A stretch of DNA of 64,000 bases, taken from the NCBI GenBank assembly GCA_002633005.1, contig NMRA01000121.1:794897-858896 (forward strand), in the 5' to 3' direction. Below are positions 14,001 through 26,000 of the stretch, one piece after another. Numbering within the stretch: position 1 is the stretch's first letter; each line of letters begins with the position of its first letter. The notes under the pieces were generated by a model that was not told where the DNA came from, did no database searches, and worked only from the letters and a program-made list of their open reading frames with translations. Origin of the DNA: Phoronis australis. Taxonomy: Eukaryota; Animalia; Phoronida. The position numbers and the translations under genes were made by a program.

Positions 14001-17000
14001 ACTAAATTTAGTAAGTGTATTTATGTGAAGCTAACAATAGACAACTTTCAGGCAGATGCTGTGCCCCCTCGTGTCAATTTCAATTTTTTTGTTTTCCTTT
14101 GTTTCTCTGAAATTCCTCGACAGATTTTTATGAAATCGGGCAAGTAGCTTTCTGTTAAAGAAGCGATGGCATGTTGCATTTTCAGATGGATTGGACATTT
14201 TGCTCCATCTAGTGGCCATTTTCATGATACAAATTAACAAATCTAGAAGCTCATGGTTTGTGGTGCATTCGTGGGAGCATCTCAATACTCCGCATTGCTC
14301 TTGTAATGTTTTAGTTCAGTTGTTGGCTCATATATATCTCACCATACATTACAGGAAGGTGTAATCTGATGGAATAGCATGGGTTTTTACAATCTTTCGC
14401 GCAAAGATTTGCTATTCTATGCATAACGCTTAATCGTCGTGAGAGACCATCCGGAGTTGGTATATGGTGCAACTCGGGACAATCTGGGGTCTTCAGAAAA
14501 CCACAGTTAAACTGTGAGTCTACACCAATGCGATAAACGAGAGTAGTTCTACTTGCTGCGTCAGCTGCTGGTATGCTTATCTCTTTTATGACACACAATG
14601 TGTGACTGAGCAAAGCGTTTTCAAAATAATGTGGATAAATCAGTGGAGTGTGAGACCCCTGAGGTCTCTGTCAAGTACGGCAATTTTACGTTATGGAAAA
14701 CTTCCCATCCTGTTTTATCACAACTGACTTACATTTGAAATGAAACCTCTTGTAGGGCATTTATAATTATGTGGCATGTTAGGTGTAATGTCAAAGTAAA
14801 AAGTATATATTATGTCACACTGTACTAACTAAGTTATGCAAGTTGCAACCTTTCAGGTAAAGTTCTGCTTGATTTCTAAGTTGTATGAGCATTCTATGGT
14901 CTATGGGTAACTTATTTGAGAGCAACTTCATTGCAAAATTTTTAATAAAAAAGCAAATACTGAAGTTGCAAGATGTGTGAAGTATACATAGCCTGTATTA
15001 CAAGAGACTAATGGATTTGCATGAACCGCTTGCTTTTGCAACGTCTGAGGAGTGCATGACCACTCAGTAGCGACAAAAAAGGAATTTTGTTGTTTTTAAG
15101 AGAGCCTTGTTTTATCATGGATACAGTAATTTTCAAAATAAACTGGAAAGACTTTGACAGAACTTTGCCCACTTGCCAGAGTTATTTGGCGGTCAGAATT
15201 TTTTCTTGGATGTTATTGCACCCAGCAGCCGCTTTATTTTTAAACAGACTTGCATGGCATGCAGCCACGATTTTGACAGAGTGCAAGGAGCAACACCCGT
15301 TGCGGTTTTGTCGTGACTGATGGATTTGCATGTAAAACGGATTCTTGTCAAAAAGAAATATAGTCGCAGTTTGTATGTCGAAACTTTGTTGAATTTTGAA
15401 GTTGTCAAACTGATTTTTAAAATTGCTGTACTTAAAAAATATAGCCAAACCACACTGCAGCAAACCTCACAAGACGTTTCACCTACATTTTCAATAACCA
15501 AACCACTTTGTATGCCCTGGAACTTCTATAACTGAGTAACTGTTGTAAACCAGGTTCACTGTGACATGGCCTGTACTGCGGAATACTTTTTGTCTATATG
15601 TGTAAAGTAACATTTTCTAGTCTTTTCGCCTGGAACAAACTGAATTTGTCTGCAGTCTTTAATAAATCACTTTACTTGATTTTCGATGAGCATCAACGAA
15701 ATATGAGATTAAGCACCCCACTTGTAATACACAAGCACAAACATGCGGCAGATATAATGCATTTTTTCGCTGAAAGTCAAGGGATTTTTTGTTGCGATTT
15801 CGCTAAGCATTCGTAGGAAGCACCAACATATTACCCTTATAGAAATTAAATTAAGGAGTGGGGGGACCTCGAGAGAGGGGAACATAGGGCCCGGGTAACA
15901 CTGACGCATAGGAAACATAGTGCAAAGAGAATAGTGGGACACTGCAACAGTGTGTATACCCAGATCAAACCTACATAATCCACCGACTTGGAAAAATATA
16001 ACAGTGAAAGCCTGTGTTTGATTCAGATTTCGAATAACAGTCAACCAAGGTAAGGTTATACTTGATTAAGGATTGCTAATTGTATTTCAACACGGACAAA
16101 TGAACTGTTTTTACTTTCTGAACAGGGTTATTTAATAGCAAAACTTTATTAAGGGTACAAGAAATGTTTTACATTCTTGACTTGCCTGGCACTATACTGT
16201 CACTGACTGAAGTGAACACAGAACAGAAGTTACTGTTCTACTTGTAGTTGTAGACCCGAGGCTGAAATGTTACTATGCCACTTTTCAAATCAAAACAGCT
16301 TTATTTTGGGGCATACTTTGTAAAATACAGCAAAATAGAACAATTAGATAAAGGCTACGAAGTTAAATCGCTTACAGCAGTTCTGAAATCCCCGGGTGAC
16401 TTCGCCCACACAAATCTTGGCAATTCTCAAATCCTACCTCCAATACTAATGAGCTCTCTAACTTCCGCAAAATCTTACCTTCAATGCAGGAGAGCTGCTC
16501 TGAAACTTGAAGTACATGTCTGAGGGCATTTCACGGAAAATAACAGATTTCCTTAGGTTTGACGACGTGATTTTTTTGGATTAACTTATTTTTGTTTTGA
16601 AACCTATTCAGTTTGTTGGTAACCCTCTGTTTTTTAGAAAAGTAACTTTGAACTGAATCCCCACATAAAAAGTGGGGGTGTCTAAATTACTACAAAAATA
16701 TTTTTTGGGAAAATAAAAAACGCATTTTTCTTAAAGATTTACATCACTGAATAAAATCATTGGGCCAAAACGTCAAAGTTTTGACATGTTTCCGCCATCG
16801 TTTGCAGATTTTCTCAAATAATGCCTCTAATACCACGATACCGAATTTCATACAAAATTTTGCTCCTGCGAAGTCGTCATCATTTCCCGACAGATGTCGC
16901 AAAATTTTAAGAAATAGCGCGTGTTGAGCATACTGTTTTCTTTGTTACAAAAGGCTGAGAATTATGAAATAAAATAACGTTTAGTTGATTGTTTCTCACA

Positions 17001-20000
17001 TAACTGGCTCCAGAGGGCAAGGTGAGTGTCGGTTGACACCCAGATATTTGCACGCTCCCCTGCCGGTTTAGAGCTCTTCATGTTGATATAAGTTTCGCGA
17101 CGAGGTGATGAGCACAACTACCCGGTATGTGAAATTTCGGAGTCTAACGGAGCTCAACATAGTGCTACTGGTTGTATTTTGAAGACAGTCTTCATACAGC
17201 TAGCTGGCTGGCTTGGCCCTGGGATGAATCAAAGTCACAGGAAAGAAAAACGAAAAAGGTTGTGAGTATGCACATGTTGATCTTTCGACTGGACTACGTA
17301 TTCGCACGGCTAATGACCTATATCTCTTAGTCCTGTACAGCCTCAGTGACGTCACGCAAAACAGCGCTTGCAGTGGGGCTTTACGGAACTAATAATTTTT
17401 TACTTTTCAAAGTAAAAAAGAAAAATACTGTGCCCTATTTAGGAACATGTGGATGCCAGTAACCAACCTTCATACTTGAACCATACTAACACACTGGTAC
17501 TGTCCATCCTTAGCTATACGCACACCTACTATTCACAGTTCACATCTCCACCGCAAGTATTCGCAGTTTATATCTCCACCGCAAGTATTCACAGTTTATA
17601 TCTCCACCGCAAGTATTCACAGTTCATATCTCCACCGCAAGTATTCACAGTTCATATCTCCACCACAAGTATTCACAGTTCATATCTCCACAGCAAGTAT
17701 TCACAGTTTATATCTCCACCGTTCTCTCATCCAACTTTACCACATTTGGTTTTAAAGATCTCGCCAAGCGCTATCCGTAAGGTGCCATCATTTTTTCACT
17801 ACAATTTAATATTCAAGTTATTCGAGATCATCCAATGGCTTCTCGTTAATTCATTAAATCTCCAAGCCGTTCTTGACGGATATTTCTGAAATTTGGTATT
17901 TGGGGACAGATCTCGTCAATACCTATTGGATCCGCAGTATCCATGCGTTTCCCGCTCTGCCATATGGTTCTCGAGATACTGAGATTTACTCGTCAGATGA
18001 CTGTTCTTTTATTGACTATTTTGGTGCTGCACTTTTGTTGATCTATCATACTATGCTGCAGGTTGCATTTTTCGTAATAAATAATATGCATCTTTTTAAT
18101 ATTTTAAGGTGAAATCCCGCCAAAAATGGCACAGTGCCAACCAATAGGATTTTGAGTGATAGCTTCACTGACCAATCAAAACGCAGCATTCTTGACACAC
18201 TTTCGTTTCCAAGCCGCCATTTTACCTGACAAACAACATGTTATCGGGTAAAACTTATTGTTTGTCTGTCGAGTGTCACGAGACTTTTCAAAAGGGGGCA
18301 GAGCTTGCGATAGGTCAATTGTGCAATCGTTGCTTCAAAGAACTGTAGCTCAGTGGTCCCCTGAGGGACTCTTCACACCAAGAGCCAACAGACAAATGAA
18401 ACCATTCTAAGTTATTCCATACATTTCAATGACTTATCTTTCACTGATTTCTCGTGTCATATCTCTAGCATTCCTTCATGGATCTTTGTGAAATTTAGCA
18501 TGTGGATGGATCTCGTCAAAGGTATTATTCGTTTGTCAATCTGAATTACTACTCTTGAGTTATTTGCAATTTACTTATCAGGGCCCAGTTGCATAAAAGT
18601 TATACGCCATATAGCAACAATGATGTCGCATTATCCAGTGTCACGTTGCTATTGTTGAACAATGCACCTGACGTCATGCAACAATCAAACTTATCCAGCG
18701 GATTACTTTTGAAGCTTTATGCAACTCAGTCCTGATGACTGCTTTTTCTTTTATTTAACAACTGTTATTCGTCTATCATACGCACGCTACACGTGTCATT
18801 TTTCTGAAATTTGGTAATGTGCTTAGACCTCGTGAGGTGAAGTACTAACATTTTGTCAATTTTACTCATTGTAGTTGCCCCATGTGACCCAATTGTAGTC
18901 TCATTGTACTGTACACGAAACTGATTAATAACAGTTAGAAACAGTGTTTGTGGTGTTGGACTGTAGACACATAGCTCTTGCCTAAACTATGCACTCGCCA
19001 TACAATGCATTAGTTCCCTAATGAGGTCACCCAATTTGTTTTGACTCGTGTCCTCCTTTGCAGTCAGTGTGCACTTGCATAATGCAAGATGAGTTTCCGT
19101 ATGATACCACCATGTTTCACGTATGACAGATAGGTGTGCAGAACAACTTGGTACAAGAAAACACCATAGTAATTCAAAAATTAGCACAAGCCATGAGGTA
19201 TAGCTTGGTCACATCACGTGACCTGGTTAAATGTGAAAAGATCTCTGATCTGATTGGGGCTCAAACCCGATACTGTTTGCCCTAGCCCACTGAGCTGACA
19301 GGACCATTGTAGAAATCCAATTTGAATTAATAGAGGCATCTTCCTAAATTTATGAGTAGATATGAATAGGATATTTTCAATCAAGAGTTATCTTAGAAAC
19401 AACTCACCCAAAATTTTACTGAATTCTTCCTGAATTTCTTCTTTAGTCTTAGACTTTGGAATGCTTCCAACAAAGATACGTGTGTTTGCTATGGAGATGT
19501 TTACTTTCAGAGTGCGGCCATTAGACAGCTCGTGACCATCCAACTGAAAAAGAGTATACTTAAACTAGGTGCAGCCACATGTGGTTACCTTGATTTGCAT
19601 CAGTTTCTACCTTGATTAGCCTCTCACTCACCTACCCAGTCACTTTTCACAAACACTAGAATAACCACCCAGGGCGCTTAGAAAAGTTCGATTCAGGGGG
19701 GCGCTTATTATAACCCAAGGCGGTTGAAACCCGGTCTCCGAAACGGGTGAAATCGGAAGCTAAGATTCATCAAATTTACGCTCTGTGACGTATCTGTAAT
19801 CTATGAAAGACTTTCAACTAAACTGTGGTGCATTGCTATCCAACTTTGCTACTAAATTACGATAATTTTACAGACCATTATGGTGAAACCCCAGGGCGAA
19901 AACTCGCCGACTGACTGCCTCGAAATCGCCGTCTTCAATACGGCGACTTCAATGCTTGAATAAAAATAGTTTCGAATCAAGCAAATTACCTGAAATCTTC

Positions 20001-23000
20001 ATTAAGTTTTCTAACGTCTATAAGACTTTTTAAGTTCCCGTGGAGTCTGAGTTAATGGCAGGTTTAAGTAAAAATCTGTGCAACATCGTGCCATCTACAT
20101 GTATGATCGGCAACACGGCGAGAAAAAACGTCAGGACGAACACACATGTTGTCACGTGACGTTTGTTTTGAAGTTCGTCATCGTTTGTGAGTAAGCGAGC
20201 GCATGCGTATCACCAGAGTTCATTTGCCAAAGCAGAGACTGTCTTTTGGCCAGAGCCACGCAATCTAACGAGTTAGCTGTGCATTAATTGTGTCTAAAGA
20301 AATTTGCACAAGCAGTAGACCTAAACCGGAGCGTGTTTCATTCAGCACTTGCTGGTCTCGTGCTAAAAACTTTCGACATTTGTCTCGGTAAGGCCCATAT
20401 TAGTTGCCATGTTGCTGGATGCGTACGTAACTATCTGAAAGTTATTTTTCGGTGTAAGGGTGTGTAAGCATTCGCTGTCAGTTGTCATTTTATCGGATAT
20501 TCGGCTTAAAAACACCAGTTATGGTTAATCAAACAATCTATCTCAAAAATAAAGCAAACATGTTTTATAGTATTACAAATTGTTGGAAATAAGTGCCAAT
20601 ATTCATTTCTTATCGATGCTATGCTACCCGTTTCATGAACGGATAGTTCCCAAGTAATGTCTTTGATGACAGGTTCACGTATGTAGCGCGCGCTTCCAAG
20701 CCACGTGCGTTTAACACCGAGTTATTTTTATTCACGAGACAGTCGATGTGTCTGTACTGAAAGGTCAGACAATAGTAGGACATGGTCGTCGCGAGAGTAG
20801 CAACGCTGTTGCGTTCTTTTTGAAGTGCTGCGTTACTTTGAAGTGTATAGTCACGGCTAAATACAAACGTAGCAGTGCCGCTGGTGGTCTAGAAGACCCG
20901 TGCAAAATTTTTTTTGATAAATTGAAGACGTTACTGTAGCCGAGTTTTAGGACTGTAGGTACGTCATTGTTCGCATGTACAAGTTCATGGACTGGGCGCT
21001 TATTTCAGCAAAGTCTTAAAACGCGTGGGGGGCGCTTATAGGGGCATGGGCGGTTATTACGGCGAATACGGTACTTTCTATTGTATATAATCTGGATCAC
21101 TCTAACCAATATTTTTAGACAAAGAAGTGTCAAGTAAATGCCCAATACAGATGAGATTAATGACGCAAGCATGCATACACACACACACAGGGTGCAACTG
21201 CTACAAAGTATGTCCTGAGCAAGTACTTTACCTTCGCAACAGCTGCGTTGGCGGCCTCCTTCTCACAGAATGTGACAAAACCATAGCCTCTGTTAAACTT
21301 AGATACAGGGTCCATCATAATCCTCAACTCATAGATGGTGCCTGCCTCCTCAAACAGGGGGATCAGCTCATCCTCAAACATGTCGCGTGGTATTCTACCA
21401 ACAAACACCTGAAAGGTACCAAGATGGTATACATAAATGGTAACACTGTTGAAATGTGTTCCTTTAGGGGAGGGGGTCAACATCAGAAGTCAGCGGGATG
21501 AAACGTGGTTAATCCCGGTTTTCTAAATGTAATCAAATTCCCCGGAATATTTGTCTCCAAAATTTCATTGTCCACATCTTGTAGGAGAATCCCAGAGTGA
21601 ACGGCAGAACGCCAATTTTTTTCAACACCATTAAAGGAAAATGCCACCCGATTTAACTTAGTCTTTTTTGCCGTCTTAATCGGTCTATATCCACATCGCC
21701 TCGCATACAGTCGATCTTACCTTGCCAAGAGGTGTCGCGTTAACCTGTGAGGAAGGTGAGAAACGACTCTAGCGACGTCAGTGGTTCATATGCAGAGTGA
21801 ATGCCGCTATGTTGCGGTGCATCGTTCCCGCTTGTCCGAACTAAGCAGCTGCGAGGAAAGCGGTATATCGTTTTTACTTCCTCGAGAGNTCCTCGAGAGT
21901 CCGAAATGCTTAAGAAGTGGCTCATGGTAGTGAAGAATGAAATGTATGCTGTAAATAGCAAGTATGAGGCCGTGAAACATCTCCGTGTCCGTGGCATGCA
22001 GACGTCGACAGTGCCTCAGTGACGAATGCCGGCTTACCAAATAACTCCATGTTCCGTTGTCTGAGCTTGTTCACGGCGCCTCTCTAGTATTTGTTCGAAT
22101 TGATAGCCTGTAAAACTTAACGATCCACCTGCGAAGTTGGGACGGATGAGCTCTAGCTCGTCCTAAGTCGGGATTGCGAGTTGCCATGTTGGCGTTTAGT
22201 ACTGAGCGTTCTGTTTCAAAATGCCTTCTCACCCTAACCAACTGAAACAAAGTCTGTCTCATTAGATGCAATTTGTAATGCCTTTGGAGTGTTTGTGACA
22301 CCAGTAACCCGTGTTGTGAACTGCTGAACAGACTGCGTGTGAAACCGATGACGTCATTGGATAATTTCAACACCTCCGTCTGCCATCAGGTGTCAGGTAA
22401 CGCAACCGTACGTGTCGTTATGGAGTAGAACTACTCGATCTAAATTGATACAAATTAAGTTGTTTTTTGGGTGGCATGCTCCCTTAATATGATTTCCAAA
22501 GCAGATGGCACCCCACAATGCAAAGCTAAGAAAGTTTATCACTGATCAGTCCTTCACAAAGTAGCTGCAATTATGAAAGGAAAATTCTGTGCCCAAATTG
22601 CATTCTACACAGGTACTCAGGATGTGTCTTATTGGTTGGATTTTGCATTCTCGACTATATCCGTCACTTTCCAGAATTGTCGTTGCTTATCTGTGCTCTG
22701 TTTTCTGAAGAGAAATGCTCAAAATCCATTACATTTGAAAACTCTTACGTAGTGACTTTTAGCCCCTAATAGTACATAGAATACGGATAAATCTGTAATA
22801 GTTGGCAGCCCTGTATTTAGTAGTTAGGCCAATCCACTTCACATTGGAAAGGTGTCCCAATAAAACATATTTGAACAATGTTATAGGAACTCATTAAAGA
22901 GCTGGCTGATCTAAAGGCAAACAGAAACTAAAATTATAACTTGGCAGCAGAGTATTAGCCAGATTGGTGTTTATAGGAAGACCCCATTAAATTTCATGGA

Positions 23001-26000
23001 GATCCTGCAAGGAGCGAGATAACGGCAATATGAACAAACATATATACCAGGCAAGATTTTGTTGTGAGTGGTACAAGTTTTTGTAGTAAGAGTTGATTTT
23101 CACCGTGTCATTGAGAATATCAAATGGGTTTAGTCAAGACAAGTATTTGAACTACTTTGTAAAATTTCAACCATACGAGTACTAGGGTCAATATTAATAC
23201 TAGTTTTCAAAACTTTTCTAATAGAAATCCTCTTTTAGCTTCTGCCAAATCAATCAAAGACATGCCCAAGATTATGACAATATTTTGTTGGAGAATTTAG
23301 TAAGCTACTAAAACTAAACACATTGAAACAATGGTAATAAATAAAAGTTATGGAACTGGTTTTCACAAAATCACAACACTGAGAGTCATCAGAAATCACT
23401 GCCATTTCATTTCACCAAATCAATGCAGTTACACTAAACCTTACCACATGTCCATTACCCGGCTGTGGTTGGTCTCCCCAGTTAGGGGGCGGACCGCCAT
23501 ACTTCCTCTGACCTGTAGTCAACTCCATTGAATACCCAGTACGCTCGAGGATTGCCTGGAAACAAAAGAGCTTTCTGTTACAAGAATTTGGGAACCTATG
23601 ATGATGACACAAAACAAATAATCACGACATAAATGAAAATAGAAAAACATGTAAAACAATGAGCAATTGATATGAAATTGCTGACAAAGAGACAATTAGT
23701 GCTGGTCCATTTGCTTAAAGGTTGGATTAAATTGAAGTTCCGCAGATGCACGTTTTATCGTGAACTATCAGTCCAGGATTCACAATGATACAACTGCTAC
23801 TGCTGCAGCATAGCTGAGGGGGTCCTCTCCAGACCGCACTCCAAAAGTGAGGTGAGCAGCAGGGTGACACCCCAGTGGGTGAAGGCAAAAAAACGAGAGA
23901 CGACGCAAACCATAGTGAGGTGGGAGAGGTGGCTTGATGCTGCTGAAATTCCTGGAGATGAGGGGAGAGGATAGCAGTTGTGATACTTAGGTACTGTAAC
24001 ATTTTCAGTGACTCTTTATGAAAACCTTAACCATCACTAGTTAAGAGATAAAAACAAAGAAGTCTAAGGATTTTACGATATACAACAATATAAAGACGAG
24101 TTTATCCGCGAATGAAAACGAATATGTTGTTTCCAGGCACCTCTATCCCCTGTCGCCCCAGTAGCCTCTACTTTTCACCCAGTAGTCATTATCCCCCCCC
24201 TCCCATCCTCCTGTCGCCACTATTACCTCTGGTCACCACTAATCCCCCGCCATCTCCGAATGTCCTATTAGCCGCAGGATTTAGTACAATAATGCGCCGC
24301 AGATTTTTTCATCACCATTGTCATAAAAATCAAACAAGGAAACTACAGACGCTCAAATCTCCTTTGCCGAAGTTCACGATCTCTAGAGAGTAGCTCCCTC
24401 ATCTGTGTAGGAGGCACTGTTGGAGCGTGTTATTTTTCGAGCGCATGTGGATTAACAAGATCGGCAGATGGCGCTTTTCACAGGTTTTCAGTTGCAGTTC
24501 TCTTAGTAAGTGTTAGTTGACCCGTTTTTGCAAGTGCGGGAACGGCATGGTCATAAACTAAGGTCGCGTTTGGCGAGTTGAATCGCATTTGGCGAGTAAG
24601 CCTCGAGCTCAGGTCGCTAAAGGCAATTTCAGCTCGCAAAATGCAAGATGGTACTCACCAAGTTGGAACCCGAACAATGATGTTCTCGAGCCCCCCCCCA
24701 AGATGGTTTTTGGAATCAGTTATAAACTTTCCTGTTACAACAAGCAGAACCAAATTGACATTCTCACAACAATCTTATCAAGGCAGCTGTCACACCTACG
24801 TTTAATTTGGCTTCATCTGGACCTTTCTGTGTTTCTGGCGTTTCCGCTGTTTTGGCGTTGCTGGACAAGTTCTTCTGTTTTTGAACCTCTAAGATGCCAC
24901 ACATGTAGGCGCTCTTGTTGGATACATGTTCCAGTTTGCTCGTGGCAAACTCTTCTATCAATTTCTTGGCATCTTCTAGTTCAAACTCCTTCAGGGCACC
25001 CAACGCTCGCTCATCCAGATCACCATCCACAAGCATTTCTAAAAGTACAACAAGCATATACTAACAACAATCATGTCGGACATACACAACTGTGCAAAAA
25101 AGAGCTGAAATAGCATTTCTCTAAAATATAAAGCTCAATCAAAACCTCTATTACTTGAATCTTTTTTTGAGAAATCTGACAAAAAGAAATTCAAATTTCT
25201 GTCACACTGAGACAGGTCAAGTAGTGTTGGTGTAACAATGTAACTAGTGTATCGCTGGTGTAACACCTTCATGGTGATGAAACGATAGCATTCTCCATCG
25301 CACAAAATTCAAACTTGAAGAACAGGTTCGAAAGTCTATGCCTAGACCAAGAGTTGAACATTAAATTTTAACACCCAGTGCTACGCTACTAGCTACACCC
25401 GGTTCTACGCTAACACCCTTGCACTGAACTCGTGTTAGAACTCCTAATTGCTTTAATTTGAAACAAACAACCCCTCAAACATTCTAACTCGTTCCGCTAG
25501 TTTTCAAACTCAATACAAATAAGTCAAACTCGTCATAGCAGAAGTCAAACTTGTTACTGCAATGAACAAAAACAGGTATTGGGAAGACTGGTATACACCG
25601 GTGTTAAACTAACACCCGGTGTCACACTAACACCTGATGCTACACTAACACCCGGTGTTACCCTAACACTTGATGCCACACTAACACCCAGTGTTACGCT
25701 ACACCCGGTGTTACACTAACACCCGGTGTTACACTAAGACCCGATGCTACACTACCAGCAACACCCGGTGCTACACTAACACCCGATGCTACACCACTAG
25801 TAACACCCAGTGTTACATATGGTGATCAAAGACCAGTGTTACACACACTAACACTCAATGTTACACCTGCTTAAGTTTATTGTTCTATTGGCTAAAATGA
25901 CACACACAAGTTTGCACTGTTTAGCAGTGTTCTCCATGGCCACTTTTAGCTCGTCGCAGGTGTTGTGAATGTTGGTTTATGTGGTCTCGTCTTTCGTGTT

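Larger units (their letters stand above)
3840..17447 (+). mobile_element. Large decayed DNA transposon (~13.6 kb including nested inserts) with long diverged inverted ends; possibly Sola3-like
   Basis: Perfect 20-bp inverted repeat TGACGTCACTGAGGCTGTAC at 3988-4007 and 17335-17354. Weaker inverted matches lie further in (about 7272-7312 vs 16615-16655) and at the ends (GTTCCT near 3843, AGGAAC near 17441). Transposase-like remnants lie inside. Outer limits are approximate. Confidence 0.5.

Noticed and set aside
17449-17889. 146-aa ORF with repeated SQFISPPQ
   Set aside because: Translation of the 28-bp minisatellite.
21880-21900. Short direct repeat CCTCGAGAG-N-TCCTCGAGAG as an insertion footprint
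   Set aside because: Centred on an N and absent from copy A; a contig-overlap artefact.
24589-25113. 174-aa plus-strand ORF (also 21127-21501 and 1804-2052)
   Set aside because: Antisense shadows of SYNCRIP-like exons.
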